DNA of 64,000 bases, from the IMG/VR virus record IMGVR_UViG_3300001598_001791, positions 1-64,000 of that record; one strand, written 5' to 3'. The position numbers and the translations under genes were made by a program. The DNA is from a virus. Taxonomy: Duplodnaviria; Caudoviricetes. The notes below the pieces were generated by a model. The model was not told the DNA's origin and did not search any database. It saw only the letters and a program-made list of their open reading frames with translations. Below are positions 33,171 to 45,143 of the stretch, piece by piece. How positions within the stretch are numbered: position 1 is the stretch's first letter; each line of letters begins with the position of its first letter.

Positions 33171-33496
33171 CATACTCTTTCTTTCCATGATTTCTTTTTT
33201 CTTTCTTTGGTTTTTATTCCATGAACTTCTTTGTGACATTTGATACATAAAAGAGTCAGATCACTATCTTCTTCATTACCTACTCTATCATAAGTTAGGT
33301 GGTGTACATTGGCATCCCTTAGTTGTATAGCTTTACCACATTTAGTACATCTTCGATCATATTTCCTATAAATTTCTATTCTCTTGAATTTTCAATGTGA
33401 AGTTTTGAGATAGTTCTTATACCCAAGAACTTTCTCATTAGTATCTTCACAGATAATCTCTCTATTTTCTCAGAATTCTTTTGATTTGTATTTCAT
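33155..33496 (-). CDS. free-standing HNH endonuclease (113 aa, code 4)
   Basis: YLKTSH(TGA)KFKR, CTKCG, VHHLTY..VGNE..DL.LLCIKCH..VH motifs; three TGA; ends at TAA; the only supported minus-strand gene. Confidence 0.8.
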
Positions 33497-33576
33497 ATAA
33501 TATCATACATTTAAATTTGAAGTGTATTTTATTTTGAATAGTTATTGCTAAAATTAATATACAAAGGAGGTTATCT

Positions 33577-34335
33577 ATGTTTATTAAGAGATCTTTAAAT
33601 GAGGCATCCCGTGGTCAATTGATAAGCAAATCAAAGAATGCTGATGTAGTAAAATCTTATGGGACTACTAGATATGGACGAAAAGACTATCAACACGTTG
33701 AAGATACTACTGATAACCTAAATAGAGTTGATTTTAATGCGTTGTTTAAAGCTGATCTGTTATCTCTCATAATCCCTGTTCAGGGTGAAACTTCTGAGTA
33801 TAATGTAGAAATACTTTTTGAGGGTGTTTGTTCCAATATAAAAGATCAAATAAAAAATAACAACTATATTCGAGAATATAAATGTATATATAGAGCTCTA
33901 ATTGATGCGATAAATAAATATGATTTATATGTTAGTTGTGACTGCAAAGATTTTAAATTTAGACAGGCCTATTATGCATCAAAAGGGAGATACAATTCAG
34001 GTCAAACACAAATTACTCCTTCGAGGATAACCAACCCAAATGATACTAAAGGTGCAGGGTGTAAACATATCATGAAGGTTATTTCTGACCTAGATTGGTT
34101 GCTTAATTTATCTACTTGCATAAATAATTATATTACTTATATAGAAGAAAATTATAATGATAAATATAGAGATATTATTTTTCCAGCTATTTATGGAATT
34201 GATTATGATTCTGCTATAAATAGAGGGATTATCGACATTGATGACAATGAGATAGATAATATCAATATTGAAGAAGAGCCTATAGAAGATAGTTCTACTG
34301 AGCCTAGTGAAGAAAGCCAAGAGGAGGAATTATAA
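33577..34335 (+). CDS. SWIM-type Zn-finger protein
   Basis: CDCKDFKFR...GCKHI motif; downstream of the late motif at 33546. Confidence 0.6.
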   Translation: MFIKRSLNEASRGQLISKSKNADVVKSYGTTRYGRKDYQHVEDTTDNLNRVDFNALFKADLLSLIIPVQGETSEYNVEILFEGVCSNIKDQIKNNNYIREYKCIYRALIDAINKYDLYVSCDCKDFKFRQAYYASKGRYNSGQTQITPSRITNPNDTKGAGCKHIMKVISDLDWLLNLSTCINNYITYIEENYNDKYRDIIFPAIYGIDYDSAINRGIIDIDDNEIDNINIEEEPIEDSSTEPSEESQEEEL

Positions 34336-35042
34336 TGGAAAAAAGTGAATATATAGATCAAATTAAACTTCAATTATTTGGTGGTATTTTAGAATCTGAG
34401 ATAGACGATAATACTTTTAGTAAAATAATGGATATGTCTCTAAGTGAATTGAATAGATATTACAATGGAACGGCTTTAATTGAAGTTCCTGCCAGTAGTT
34501 GTATTGACCTAGCTTCACATCCTGAGATCAGCACTGTTGTTGCTATATATAGACCAAACCCATCTGGATTCTCTACTACTAGTAATTATTCAGGTGACCC
34601 AGTATACATGTCTCAGTTACAGATGTATAACTTTGGATCTAGTTATTATTCTAATAGTTGGATCTATAACTATTTAACATACTCACTCAATCAAAAAATA
34701 CGGAATACTATGTCTACTGATCTTGATTTTAAAGAAGATAAGAAGGATAAAAAATTATATATTAGTTTTAGTAATGGAACTCCATCTAAAATAGCGATTG
34801 AGTACGTACCTCAATTACGTGATTGTTCAGATGTATTTGAAGATTATTGGCAAGATATTCTTCTTAGACTAGCTCTTGCTCATACAAAGGTAGCTTTAGG
34901 TAGAATTAGAACTAGATTTACTCAAAGTGATGCCGTGTGGTCAGGTGATGGTGCTACTATCTTGGCAGAAGGAAGTACTGAGTTAAAAGAACTCAGAGAA
35001 TTACTTAGATCCCATACTGATTTAATTTACCCAATAGACTAA
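34335..35042 (+). CDS. probable neck/head-completion protein (gp13-like)
   Basis: Position after capsid gene; LA.AHTK..LG.IR..F and LNG/DG..I..EG..E..EL pattern. Confidence 0.55.
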   Translation: MEKSEYIDQIKLQLFGGILESEIDDNTFSKIMDMSLSELNRYYNGTALIEVPASSCIDLASHPEISTVVAIYRPNPSGFSTTSNYSGDPVYMSQLQMYNFGSSYYSNSWIYNYLTYSLNQKIRNTMSTDLDFKEDKKDKKLYISFSNGTPSKIAIEYVPQLRDCSDVFEDYWQDILLRLALAHTKVALGRIRTRFTQSDAVWSGDGATILAEGSTELKELRELLRSHTDLIYPID

Positions 35043-35119
35043 TGTTCTAGCATGAGTTTTGAAAAATTTTTTGTAAAATATCTAATTTTTTATTGCTAAA
35101 ATTATTATAGTACATATCT

Positions 35120-36340
35120 ATGGGAAAGGAAAAAATATTAATGAAAAATAATGATAATTATTACATCAGAGAAGCCTTTAATAGATTAAAATGTCTCGAT
35201 GAAGAAGTATTTGATCTATCTGTTGATTCAGGAAAATTAGATGATTTAAGATCATTTGTTAAAGATGATATTGAGGCACCATTTGATGAATATGTTATTG
35301 AAAGAGATGCTGAAACAGTAGATGACTTAAGAGATAATAATCTCGGAAGAATTGTTACTGCCTGTGAAAGTTGTGGTGCTAAAGTTTATACCGATACTTT
35401 GGTAGAAGATGAACAAACCGGTAAAATGAATGTTGATGTTGAATGCCCTAATTGTGGAGCTAAACTTGGATATTTTGTCGTAGGTAAAATTGTTCCTTTT
35501 GAGAATAAAGAAGTAGAAGAAAACCCAGAAGTAAATGATATTGAAGATGGCGCTATCACAGATGATATTATTCAAAATGCATTAAAAGAAGAATTACAAG
35601 AAAGAGAAATTTGCCCTGAATGTGGTGAAGAAGAATGTGAATGTGATGAATCTTGTGAGAATGATGAATCATTGTCTAACTCTAAATTAGCGTCAGATGA
35701 TTCAAAGAAATTAGATGAATCTATTGAAGAAGTTGAAGTAAAAACTGAAGATGGTGAAGTTGAAGTCGAAAAAGAAGATAATAAAATAACTATTGAATTT
35801 AAAGAAGAAAATAAAGAAGAAAATGGCCTTGAACAAATTGCACCTCTTTCAGATGAAGATATCAGAGAAATTGAAAATGGCTCAAAAGCTGATATTGATT
35901 TAGAAGTAGAAGAACCTATAGAAGATGACGAAAATGCTGAAGAAGGAGATATTGATGACTTCGATGAAGAAGGCTTTGAAAATATCAGTGAATCTTTCTT
36001 AACTAGAGTTTATGATAATGTCAAGTCATTTAGAGTTAATGAAGTCAAGGAAAATGAAAATAAAGGATTAGTTATTGAAGGATTAATTACTTTTGAATCA
36101 GGGAAACAAACAAAAACATCATTTGTATTTGAAAACGCTAAGAAAACAAAGAGAGGAAAAACTTTATTTGAAGGAAGAAATACTATGTTCTCAAAATCAA
36201 ACAAAGCTTTCTTATTAAAAGGTAACGTTAGTGATAATAGTTTTGTCTGTGAAAGCTTAACGTACAATTATAACGCTTCAAATATCAATGAATCAAACCA
36301 ATCTGAAACTATTAGAGTTTACGGAAGAGTTGTTAGATAA
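35120..36340 (+). CDS. acidic protein with Zn-ribbon motifs, possible head-internal protein
   Basis: CESCG/CPNCG and CPECGEEECECDESC; very Glu/Asp-rich; late motif at 35094. Confidence 0.6.
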   Translation: MGKEKILMKNNDNYYIREAFNRLKCLDEEVFDLSVDSGKLDDLRSFVKDDIEAPFDEYVIERDAETVDDLRDNNLGRIVTACESCGAKVYTDTLVEDEQTGKMNVDVECPNCGAKLGYFVVGKIVPFENKEVEENPEVNDIEDGAITDDIIQNALKEELQEREICPECGEEECECDESCENDESLSNSKLASDDSKKLDESIEEVEVKTEDGEVEVEKEDNKITIEFKEENKEENGLEQIAPLSDEDIREIENGSKADIDLEVEEPIEDDENAEEGDIDDFDEEGFENISESFLTRVYDNVKSFRVNEVKENENKGLVIEGLITFESGKQTKTSFVFENAKKTKRGKTLFEGRNTMFSKSNKAFLLKGNVSDNSFVCESLTYNYNASNINESNQSETIRVYGRVVR

Positions 36341-36356
36341 TTAGAGGATTATTATA

Positions 36357-36842
36357 ATGGGAAACTATGGACGTCTGGTATTACCACCTATTGAATTACA
36401 AAGACAAAATTTTAAAGAGTGTTGTAAATTATTGGGCGTCAAGACTCAATATCAATACCCACTAGAAAATAAACAGTATAATACTCAGACAGAGTTAGAA
36501 AGTAGTTATTCACTACCACAGGAAGTGTTCTGCATTTTTAATGAAAAGATGGATCAAAAAACAGCAAAGAGATTAGGTTGGAACGCTGAAGCTGATACAA
36601 AAGCTTCTATTATAAGTGTCCCATATGATCTAGAAAATCTTCAACTTGGGTGTCTATTTGAAATACCTAGTACTTTTGATAATACTCCCGGTAGAAAATT
36701 TAGAGTAATAGAGATGAGTGCTATCATGATATATCCTGCATCTATTACCTGTAAATTAGCTCTTGAATATGAAACAGAAATGGAAAAATCAGATACTGAA
36801 TTTTTTGTAAATAGCAACTTTAATTTACTATACGAGGGGTAA
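36357..36842 (+). CDS. probable neck/head-tail protein
   Basis: Position; 161-aa ORF. Confidence 0.5.
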   Translation: MGNYGRLVLPPIELQRQNFKECCKLLGVKTQYQYPLENKQYNTQTELESSYSLPQEVFCIFNEKMDQKTAKRLGWNAEADTKASIISVPYDLENLQLGCLFEIPSTFDNTPGRKFRVIEMSAIMIYPASITCKLALEYETEMEKSDTEFFVNSNFNLLYEG

Positions 36843-36846
36843 TTCA

Positions 36847-37695
36847 ATGAAGATAATTAAATTAAGTGAAGAATCATCTGATATTAAAAAGAGGATTAAC
36901 ATTGGTAAAATTTACTCAACTCCGGGAGAGGCCTATAATAATTCTAAAAATCTTAAAGAACTAGACAATGCTGTAGCTTGACAAATAAATATAACTACTG
37001 GCAACCTAGATCCAATCAAAGATATGTTAGGGAAAGATAGTTATCTAGGAAAAGAAGAATCATTTAAAGGTAAGGGTGATGATCTACTGAAGGTTCTCCC
37101 ACCTGGAACTCTTACAGAATTTGCTTCATCAATTGGATGAGATGAACTAACCAACAAAAATAACTTATTCATGAAAGTTCTGTCAAAAGTTAAACCTGAT
37201 GAGATAAATAAATTCTTTTCTAACAATTCAATTAAAGATAAACCTTATGATAAGTTTATTACTATTTATAATGGATACGTAGATGGTTTATACAACCTAA
37301 ATGATATTGAACATGCATTGAATGAAGGTAACAGTTGGAATACTGCAAAAATCAATTCAGGTAGAAAACATACTAATCAGATTAAGAGTAATCGAGGTAA
37401 TAACTCAGGTGAAGACATAAAATCTCCTGATAGTAAAAATATGAATACTGACCTATTAACAACTCTTTATAATAAGTGTAAAAATTTACCACTCACAAAA
37501 GATAAACTCCCTACACAGGATAAAGATGAATACTACGACATACCTGATGATATTTTAGATAAAATACAGAAACTTGGTAATGATAATAACGGTACTGATA
37601 AATTAAGAAATGCTTTTTATAATTTAGAGGGGAAAGATCAAAAATCTTTAATTAACTCATTAAAGAAATTATCTGATGGATTAGATGAGAATTAA
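36847..37695 (+). CDS. hypothetical protein (282 aa, code 4)
   Basis: ATG at 36847 is in frame with 37171-37695 across two TGA. Confidence 0.65.
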
Positions 37696-38050
37696 ATTAA
37701 TTAAAAATGATTTTGATAGAAATTTTGTCTATTACTATTTACCAAAGTTTATGTATAGTATACTAAACAATGAGTTGATCTATAATAGATCTAGTATCCA
37801 TAGACTAGATTCTCTCTTAAATATAGATTGTCAAGAAATTATGCTATCTTCTTTTAGGAGATTAGATATTTCATATGATAATGATTATTATTATATAAAA
37901 ATAAATCAAATTGATTTACCTTTAATCAGAGAAATTACTTATGGAAATCTTTCTTGCCGTGGATATGATCTTGTAATGAAAATATTTCAATTAGTTAGTG
38001 ATAAAAAATATACTATTTATAGTGAATGGAAAGGTAATTATGGCTATTAG
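37685..38050 (+). CDS. hypothetical protein
   Basis: Overlaps both neighbours in operon fashion. Confidence 0.6.
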   Translation: MRIKLIKNDFDRNFVYYYLPKFMYSILNNELIYNRSSIHRLDSLLNIDCQEIMLSSFRRLDISYDNDYYYIKINQIDLPLIREITYGNLSCRGYDLVMKIFQLVSDKKYTIYSEWKGNYGY

Positions 38051-38654
38051 ATACTATGATTTGGCTCTAGTGGAAAAGATCAAAAAATGAATTAAAGATC
38101 CTAATTTAACAATATTGAGTCCATCAGATGCTTCAAGATTATTTCAGGTAACAGCAGATCAATTAAATGATCAGCCCTTAAAGTTACCATTAATTTCTAT
38201 CTCAAGAGACCCAACTGTTGAGATTTTATCAACTACTAAAAAGGCCTTATCTTATGACGGTGGTCATATTTCAGCAAATAGTAAAAAATCTGAAGTATTA
38301 AATGCGATACCTATTAAAATATCTTATCAGATAGATATCTATACAAAGTTTTTTGCTGAAGCTGATGAGTATGTTAGAAATTTCGTGTTTAACCTTATTA
38401 ACTATCCAAAGATTAGAATAGAGATCCCTTATAATAACTCTAAAGTTTTACACGATTCAAACTTAATGGTCGAATCAAATATATCTGACAATTCAGATAT
38501 ACCAGAAAGATTAATTAACGGACAATTTACTCGGATGAGTTTAAAAGTTAATATAGATGATGCATATTTATTCAGTGTACCATTTATGGATAACTGGAAC
38601 ATCGAGTATATTGGAGATATAGATATAAAAGAAAAAATAGAAGGAGAAAAATAA
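38040..38654 (+). CDS. probable tail completion/sheath terminator protein (204 aa, code 4)
   Basis: ATG at 38040, one TGA; LPLISISRD and PIKISYQIDIYTK motifs; directly upstream of the sheath gene. Confidence 0.55.
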
Positions 38655-38655
38655 A

Positions 38656-39981
38656 ATGCCATATATTAATATTAATGAAAGCGAAATTTCAACACCTTCA
38701 TTATTTGATGTGACTGAGAATACGGTATTAATTCCTATTTTATATGTAAGAAAATTAGAACTAGTTCCAGGTTCAACTGAATTAGAATATACAGAAACTG
38801 AAGTTCCTGCCGCTAAGTTGTATACATCGGCTACTGAGTTTAATAAAGATTTTTCAAGTGGCGGTGGCAAGAATGGGCAAGGCGCTCGATATATTTATTA
38901 TAAAGATGATGAGTCTGGTATTGATAAGTCCTATCTCATGGCTTATGAGTTATTACTAAGCGGATTAAACGTAGTGATCAAGCCAATTAAATTTGATAAT
39001 AAAGAATTGTGGGATTCTGCATCATTTCAAACAAAAATTACATATAATGCTGCCCTTATTAAAATAGCCAATGAAGTAAATGATGGTTTATTAAAAGAAT
39101 TTAATGATAGAAATAATTTTAATATTAAATTCCTTACCACTGGTGGCTACTATAATGTAAAAGTACCTATTGGATATGATGAAGTAAAACAAGAAATAAT
39201 TTATAGTAACCCATGTCTTGAGCTTGAAAGTATTGCTAATTCCAGACAAGATTGTGTAGCATTATTTGAATTTAAAGAATTTGATAATACTGATGATTTC
39301 TTAACATTACTTAATGATCAAAACCCTGGCTCGGGAAGTATTTATTCAACTGCTTTCTTCCCTTGGTGTTTATTTAACACTACTAAACAATCAAATATTA
39401 TAATGCCTGCATGCTTTGGATATCTAATGGCCTATGCTAATTCAATCCAAAACAATGCTAACTGGTTTGCTGCTTCAGGAGTTAACCGTGGTTATATCCC
39501 TAAAATGATTGCACCAGTAGTTGAAGTAGGTGAAGCATTTATGCATATCTTACAAGGTGACAATACAGGTAACAAATTAAGTTGTAGAGTTAATCCAATT
39601 ATGAATGCCGGTTCATATGGATATCGTATTTGGGGTAACAAGGTATATTATCCAACACCTGTTACTGAAAATCAATACAGAGAATATTTGAATGTCAGAA
39701 TCTTACTATGTGATATTAAGAAACAAATTTATCATTCTGCCATGAGAACAACTTTTGAACCAAATGATGATTTAGTTTGGATTAATTTCAAGAGCTTATG
39801 TAATTCATTATTAGATACAATGAAGAGTGGCCGTGGAATTAAATGGTATAAATGGGAAAAAGTTAAATCAGATAAATATGCTACTATTACTGCTAAATTA
39901 TGAGTTACACCTATCGAGGCAGTTGAATCATTTGACATCAGTGTCATATTAACTTCTGAAGAAGTAAATGTTACAGAATAG
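38656..39981 (+). CDS. contractile tail sheath protein (441 aa, code 4)
   Basis: WFAASGVNRG, VNPI, IWGNK, LNVRILL and FEPND motifs; reading TGA at 39901 as Trp restores the C-terminal VTPIEAVE.F.I strand. Confidence 0.85.
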
Positions 39982-39993
39982 GAGAGATAAGTA

Positions 39994-40572
39994 ATGGCGA
40001 TTAATACAACAACAGATTTTGGTGTCTATCATTTAGCTGATACTCCAGATGCATATCAACCAGTAAGAACAAATAATTTTAGATTCTCAGTTACTGGATT
40101 AAACGGAATTTTAAGAGTTGGTGATGATTCAGAAGTATTTGATAAGGCTGAAGAAGTCCTTGACTTCTCAGTAGTTAAATTTGATGCTCCACATTTTAAA
40201 CAAGATGAAATTCCTGTTCAAAGAGGTAACTCAACTATGTATTTTGCTGGTAAAGCCTCATTTGATACTGGTAATTTAGTTATCAATGACTTTGCCGGAG
40301 CAGAAGGAAAATCAATTCTTGAAGCTTGGCAAAATTTATCTTATGATGTTATTAATGATATTATACCTTCATCAACTGTATATAAGAGAGATGCTATTGT
40401 TTTAGAATATTTACCTGATAATACTTTAATTCGTTATTGGGAATTAAAAGGATGTTGGGTAAAAGGTATTACTGAAACAGGATGGGATAATGAGTCATCA
40501 ACTAAGAAAGTTGTTACGGCAACAATCCGTTATGATAGAGCAATTCCACATACATCAAAAGCTGAATTATAA
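39994..40572 (+). CDS. tail tube protein (T4 gp19-like)
   Basis: Follows sheath; YFAGK, YKRD, W.L.GCW and YDRA motifs. Confidence 0.8.
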   Translation: MAINTTTDFGVYHLADTPDAYQPVRTNNFRFSVTGLNGILRVGDDSEVFDKAEEVLDFSVVKFDAPHFKQDEIPVQRGNSTMYFAGKASFDTGNLVINDFAGAEGKSILEAWQNLSYDVINDIIPSSTVYKRDAIVLEYLPDNTLIRYWELKGCWVKGITETGWDNESSTKKVVTATIRYDRAIPHTSKAEL

Positions 40573-40664
40573 TAATTAAAGGCTGATTATAAAATCAGCT
40601 TTTTATTTGAGAAACCTTTGCTAAAATTATTATAATTAGACATATAGATAGGAGAAAGAGAGAT

Positions 40665-40895
40665 ATGATAATCAAGAAAGAATATAAGTCTAAAAACGCT
40701 ATAAGTTACACATTGACAGACAATATAGAAAAAATTGACTCAGGAGTCCTTGAGAACGGTACTAGCTTTATAAATGTATATAAGCGAGATCGTAAGAAAG
40801 ATGATGATTTTGAGACTATTTTAATTGAGTCTGTCAATATTTATGTTTGTAATGATGAGGGAAAAACTTTATCAATTTTTAGATCAAATAGATAG
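40665..40895 (+). CDS. hypothetical protein
   Basis: GGAG RBS; late motif at 40619. Confidence 0.6.
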   Translation: MIIKKEYKSKNAISYTLTDNIEKIDSGVLENGTSFINVYKRDRKKDDDFETILIESVNIYVCNDEGKTLSIFRSNR

Positions 40896-40904
40896 GAAGA
40901 TATT

Positions 40905-41657
40905 ATGGGAAAAGAAATTATTACAGAAGAATACACATTACCAAGTTTAGGTAATATTTACAAAACTAAATTTAATCCAGAAGTAAAATTAAGATCGATG
41001 ACTGTCGCTGAAGAAATGAAGAGATTATCTCCATCTAAAAATCCTTATAAAACAATGTCTGAAATTATTGAAGATTGTTTAGTTGAGAAATTACCTATAC
41101 CTGTTTATAACTTATGTATCGGTGATTATACTTATTTATTACACAAATTAAGAGTTACTACCTATGGCCCAGATTATGTAATTAACTATAGATGTCCTGT
41201 TTGTGGAAATAATGAAAAAATAATAATTAATTTAGATGATATTGAAGTATTTAAATATAATGACTCTATTATTAATGATATGAGTTTTACTTTACCTAAG
41301 TTAGGAAACGTAGTAAAACTAAGATTCCAAACACCACGTGACTTAGATACTATTGAAAGAAAGAAAAGAGAATTCGAAGAGAAATTCCCAGACCACAAAG
41401 AAGATCAAACAATACTTCTTACATTAGAATCACTAATTGATACAATAGATGACGAACCACTTGATCCTATTTTAGGAAAAGAATGGTTAAGACAATTAAA
41501 TATGATGGATATGAACACTATTGCACAAAAAGCTACACAACTACAATCAAAAATAGGTGTTAATAATTTAGTTAATTTAAAATGTAGTAAGTGTGGTAAT
41601 GAGGTAACGACACCCTTTCGCTACACAAGTGAATTTTTTGGACCCTCTATTGGATAG
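40905..41657 (+). CDS. baseplate hub/tail assembly chaperone-like protein (gp26-like)
   Basis: LPSLG..Y, LRSMTVAEE, two CxxC pairs; upstream of the tape measure candidate. Confidence 0.55.
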   Translation: MGKEIITEEYTLPSLGNIYKTKFNPEVKLRSMTVAEEMKRLSPSKNPYKTMSEIIEDCLVEKLPIPVYNLCIGDYTYLLHKLRVTTYGPDYVINYRCPVCGNNEKIIINLDDIEVFKYNDSIINDMSFTLPKLGNVVKLRFQTPRDLDTIERKKREFEEKFPDHKEDQTILLTLESLIDTIDDEPLDPILGKEWLRQLNMMDMNTIAQKATQLQSKIGVNNLVNLKCSKCGNEVTTPFRYTSEFFGPSIG

Positions 41658-41865
41658 TAGAGGAAATCCATATGGACCTACTAGACTAAAAGAAATAATA
41701 AAAGAATGTTTTATGATTTCTAAAAATTGTAGTACTTCATACGTAGATATTTTAAAAATGACTCCTACTGAGAAAAAATATCTATGTGAATTTATTATTG
41801 AGGATGCCAAAAAAGCACAGGAAATGATAGAAGAAAATAGAGACCGATTGAGAAACAACCAATAA
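41629..41865 (+). CDS. small tail assembly chaperone-like ORF overlapping the previous gene in the +1 frame
   Basis: SY.DILKMTP.E...L pattern; no RBS before the GTG. Confidence 0.5.
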   Translation: MNFLDPLLDSRGNPYGPTRLKEIIKECFMISKNCSTSYVDILKMTPTEKKYLCEFIIEDAKKAQEMIEENRDRLRNNQ

Positions 41866-41881
41866 AGGAGGTAACTAAACT

Positions 41882-43693
41882 ATGCCAAATAGAATGGGGA
41901 ATGGAAATAATTATACCCTGAACTCTGCTATTAAATATCTAGAAAATAATAAGAAAACAGATCAAGATGAAGCCTCCCTTGAGATTTTAAAAGACGCCAA
42001 AAGAGAAGAGATTGCCAAGAAGGAACTAGATCAGAGAAAAAAAATTGAAGAATTAGTCCATCAAGCTAAATTAGAGAATTTAAAAAAAGAAGGTAAAGTA
42101 CTTCAGGCTGGACTTGAAGAGGCTGGAGATAAGTTTCAAGAAAAACTTGAAGAGGCGACAAATAAGCTAGTATCAGGTATCCAAAGCGGTGACTATACTA
42201 AATCTCTAACTTCTACATTGGACGGAATTATTGATAATTATATTAGCGCACAAGAAAGTTTATCAGCACACTTAGTCGGAAGCAATACTCAGCTATCAGA
42301 TATGATAAATAACCTAAATGGTGCATTATCTTCAACTAGTTTAGTAAAACAAGAAAGTGTCTATAATAATTTATCTAAATTAGTTGAGTCTGGTATTGTT
42401 TATAACGTTGAACAAAGAGCTTTTCTTGAAACGTTATCACAAGATCTTGATATGACCTTCAATGCCGCTGACGGTACTCTTTCAAGATTAATCAGATTAC
42501 AAACAGAAGATTTGAGTGCTAATAGAATGGCTATTGAATATAGTTTACAAGAGTTCTTGAATCAAAACTATAATACATCTGAGTATATCAAAGGAGCTTT
42601 TACTGACGTATCGTCTGCTATTATTGAGATGCAATCATTAGTATCTGCTAGTCAAGCTGTTTCATTAGAAACAGGAATTCAAACTTGGTTAGGTACTTAC
42701 TATAGTGCTGGTGTCGACAAGTCTACAGTAACTAGTTTAGCTAGCGCTATTAATGCTTTGGGTAGTGGTGACATTTCTAATTTGGGAAGTGGTATTTCTA
42801 ACTTGGTGTTAATGGGTGCTGCTAGGATGGGTATGGATTATGGTGGACTTCTTACTAATGGATTATCTACGGCAGACCTTGATAAATTAATGACTGGTAT
42901 TACCGGATATCTACAAGAAATAAATAGCGGTTATTCTAGTAATGTTGTTAAGTCACAATTAGCCAGCTTATTCGGGGTTAAAGTATCTGACTTAGTAGCA
43001 TCAGGTAATCTTAGAGCAACTACAGGAACAGTTAGCTCAGATATATATTCAACTGTTTTAAGTGATTTAGGTAGTTTAGTCCCATGGCAACAATGGATAC
43101 AGAATTCATTAGGTAATGCTATGTTTACTTGAGGTACTTCAATTGCTTCTGATTCTGGTGAATATATTGCCTATGAAATAGAGAAGTTAATATCAAATTC
43201 TGGTATTGGGACAATGGTTAATGAATGAGGTAATACTCTTGGTGGATTAGGTGGCTTGGCCCTCAATCTTTTGGGGACTGGGTTAAGTAACGCACCTCTT
43301 CTTTCTTTATTCACCTCAGGTGCCTTTGAAAATATTTTAAGTTCAATTTCAGGAACGGTGACTTCTGGTGCTTCTAATATATTTGATAGTTTATATAGAG
43401 CTAATACTTTAGGATCTGTTTTTAAATTTTCAGGAAGTAATCAATCTGGTACCATGTATATATCGACTGGTACTGAAGATTTATTGAATGGGTCAAGTAG
43501 CACAGTTACTGATTTTAGTAATTCTATCAACAATTATACTGGAGACACTGAAGAACCAATTGATTTCATAAGATCTGATGTTGCTAGTATTTTAGATTTT
43601 TTAACTAATAACCTTTTGGATTTATCAGGTAAAGTAAGTGAGTTAAATGAGACAATCGGTAAAATGGACTTTGGTCAATTGGGTGGATATTAG
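41882..43693 (+). CDS. probable tape measure protein (603 aa, code 4)
   Basis: Coiled-coil N-terminus, Ser/Gly/Ala/Leu-rich; 41882-43132 joins 43256-43693 across TGA at 43130 and 43226. Confidence 0.55.
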
Positions 43694-43704
43694 GAGGTAA
43701 TTAA

Positions 43705-45141
43705 ATGAAATATAACTTTCAAGATACATCTATTATTGTTGGTCAAATAAAAGAGTTATTAAGAAACTTTAATTTACCAATGATACCTGTCTATTCAGAA
43801 AAAACAGTTTTATATGATAATAGAGTATATATAAAAAATAATGATATCGTGAAATATCATAAACTAGATAATTCATTTGAGGTTTTAGGCAATTATATGT
43901 ATGGAAAAGAGTTTCTGAACTTAACAAAGAAAATGGAACTCAATTCATCTAATTATGATACATATACTCATAAATGTTTAGGTGATTATTTAAGATTTAT
44001 CCGTGATTATAAAAAAATTAACTTAATGTCTATGTATAATTGTTTTGGTAATCAACAACCCTCTAGAATATATAGTTCAGTAAAATTGTCTTCAGGTAAC
44101 TATTTAATTGATACCGATGATAAAAGATACAATTTTTATATTATTCCAGTAAAATTTAATGAAGTTTACACTATTGCAATTGATTCAGCTGCTAGATATG
44201 ATATTTTCTGTTGTTTTTATAATAATAAGTTCATTACAGATACACCAGTTAATTTAATAGAACAATCTTTATTAGTGAAAAATGGATCTAACTTTAACTC
44301 ACCCTTTATTTATAACACTAATTTCAAGTGTGCTGAAAATTGTTGGAGGAAAGAGAAAGATCTCATGATGGTATTAAAATTACCACAAATAGTTAATTCA
44401 TCAGTTGTTATCTTAGAAGGAAATTATACTGAAAGTTGTAATATCGTAGATGGTACACTAGTAACTGATTATCATTACAACGATAATAACTTACCAGAAA
44501 ATTATTTATCAAAAATTTCACTACTACAATACAATAATAAAATAAGTTATCCCTTTAGTGATAGGTTAGTTGAATACTTAACAAATAATGCTATTACTTC
44601 ACAAGATACAATTAATAAAAATATCGAAAGAGTTCAAGATGGGTTGTATCCAGTAGTTTTAAATGGATATTATGGATTATGAGATGAATCCATCAGAAGT
44701 GATATCTATAAACACTCAATTGAAGAGGATAAGACTAAAGGTAAAATTGGGAGATATGGTAATATTATTAAGCGTGACATAACTAAACTAAGAATACCTA
44801 AGTCTTTCAGAGATCTGTATAAAGACTTAATTTACTGTGTAGATAAAGATGTAGAGACTATGATCTCAGTTCTATGAGATACCCTAATTATTTTAGATCA
44901 CGGAGTTGGTATTACCTTTGATAAAAAGATTGTAAATCCTGTTACAAAAATAGTTGTTAAATATGGAGAAGACCTACCTGTTATCAGTGTACCTTCAAAA
45001 TCTGGGTTTAAATTAGATGGTTATTATAATAAACCAGATGGTGAAGGGATAAAATATTACAATGATAAAGGTAATCCATTATTAAAATGAAATATTCTTA
45101 CAACTAAAGAAACTCTATATGCATATTGGGTGGAGGTATAA
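43705..45141 (+). CDS. virion protein with C-terminal InlB-B/Listeria-Bacteroides-like repeat (478 aa, code 4)
   Basis: Three TGA read-throughs to TAA at 45139; P...GFKLDGYY...LYAYW motif. Confidence 0.65.
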
Positions 45142-45143
45142 TT

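Noticed and set aside
33170-33172. TGA acting as a true stop at the end of the HNH gene
   Set aside because: Read-through reaches TAA at 33157-33155, inside the terminator hairpin, so code 4 is still consistent
41882-43693. Unusually short tape measure as a novelty
   Set aside because: The tape-measure assignment is only positional, so its length cannot support a claim
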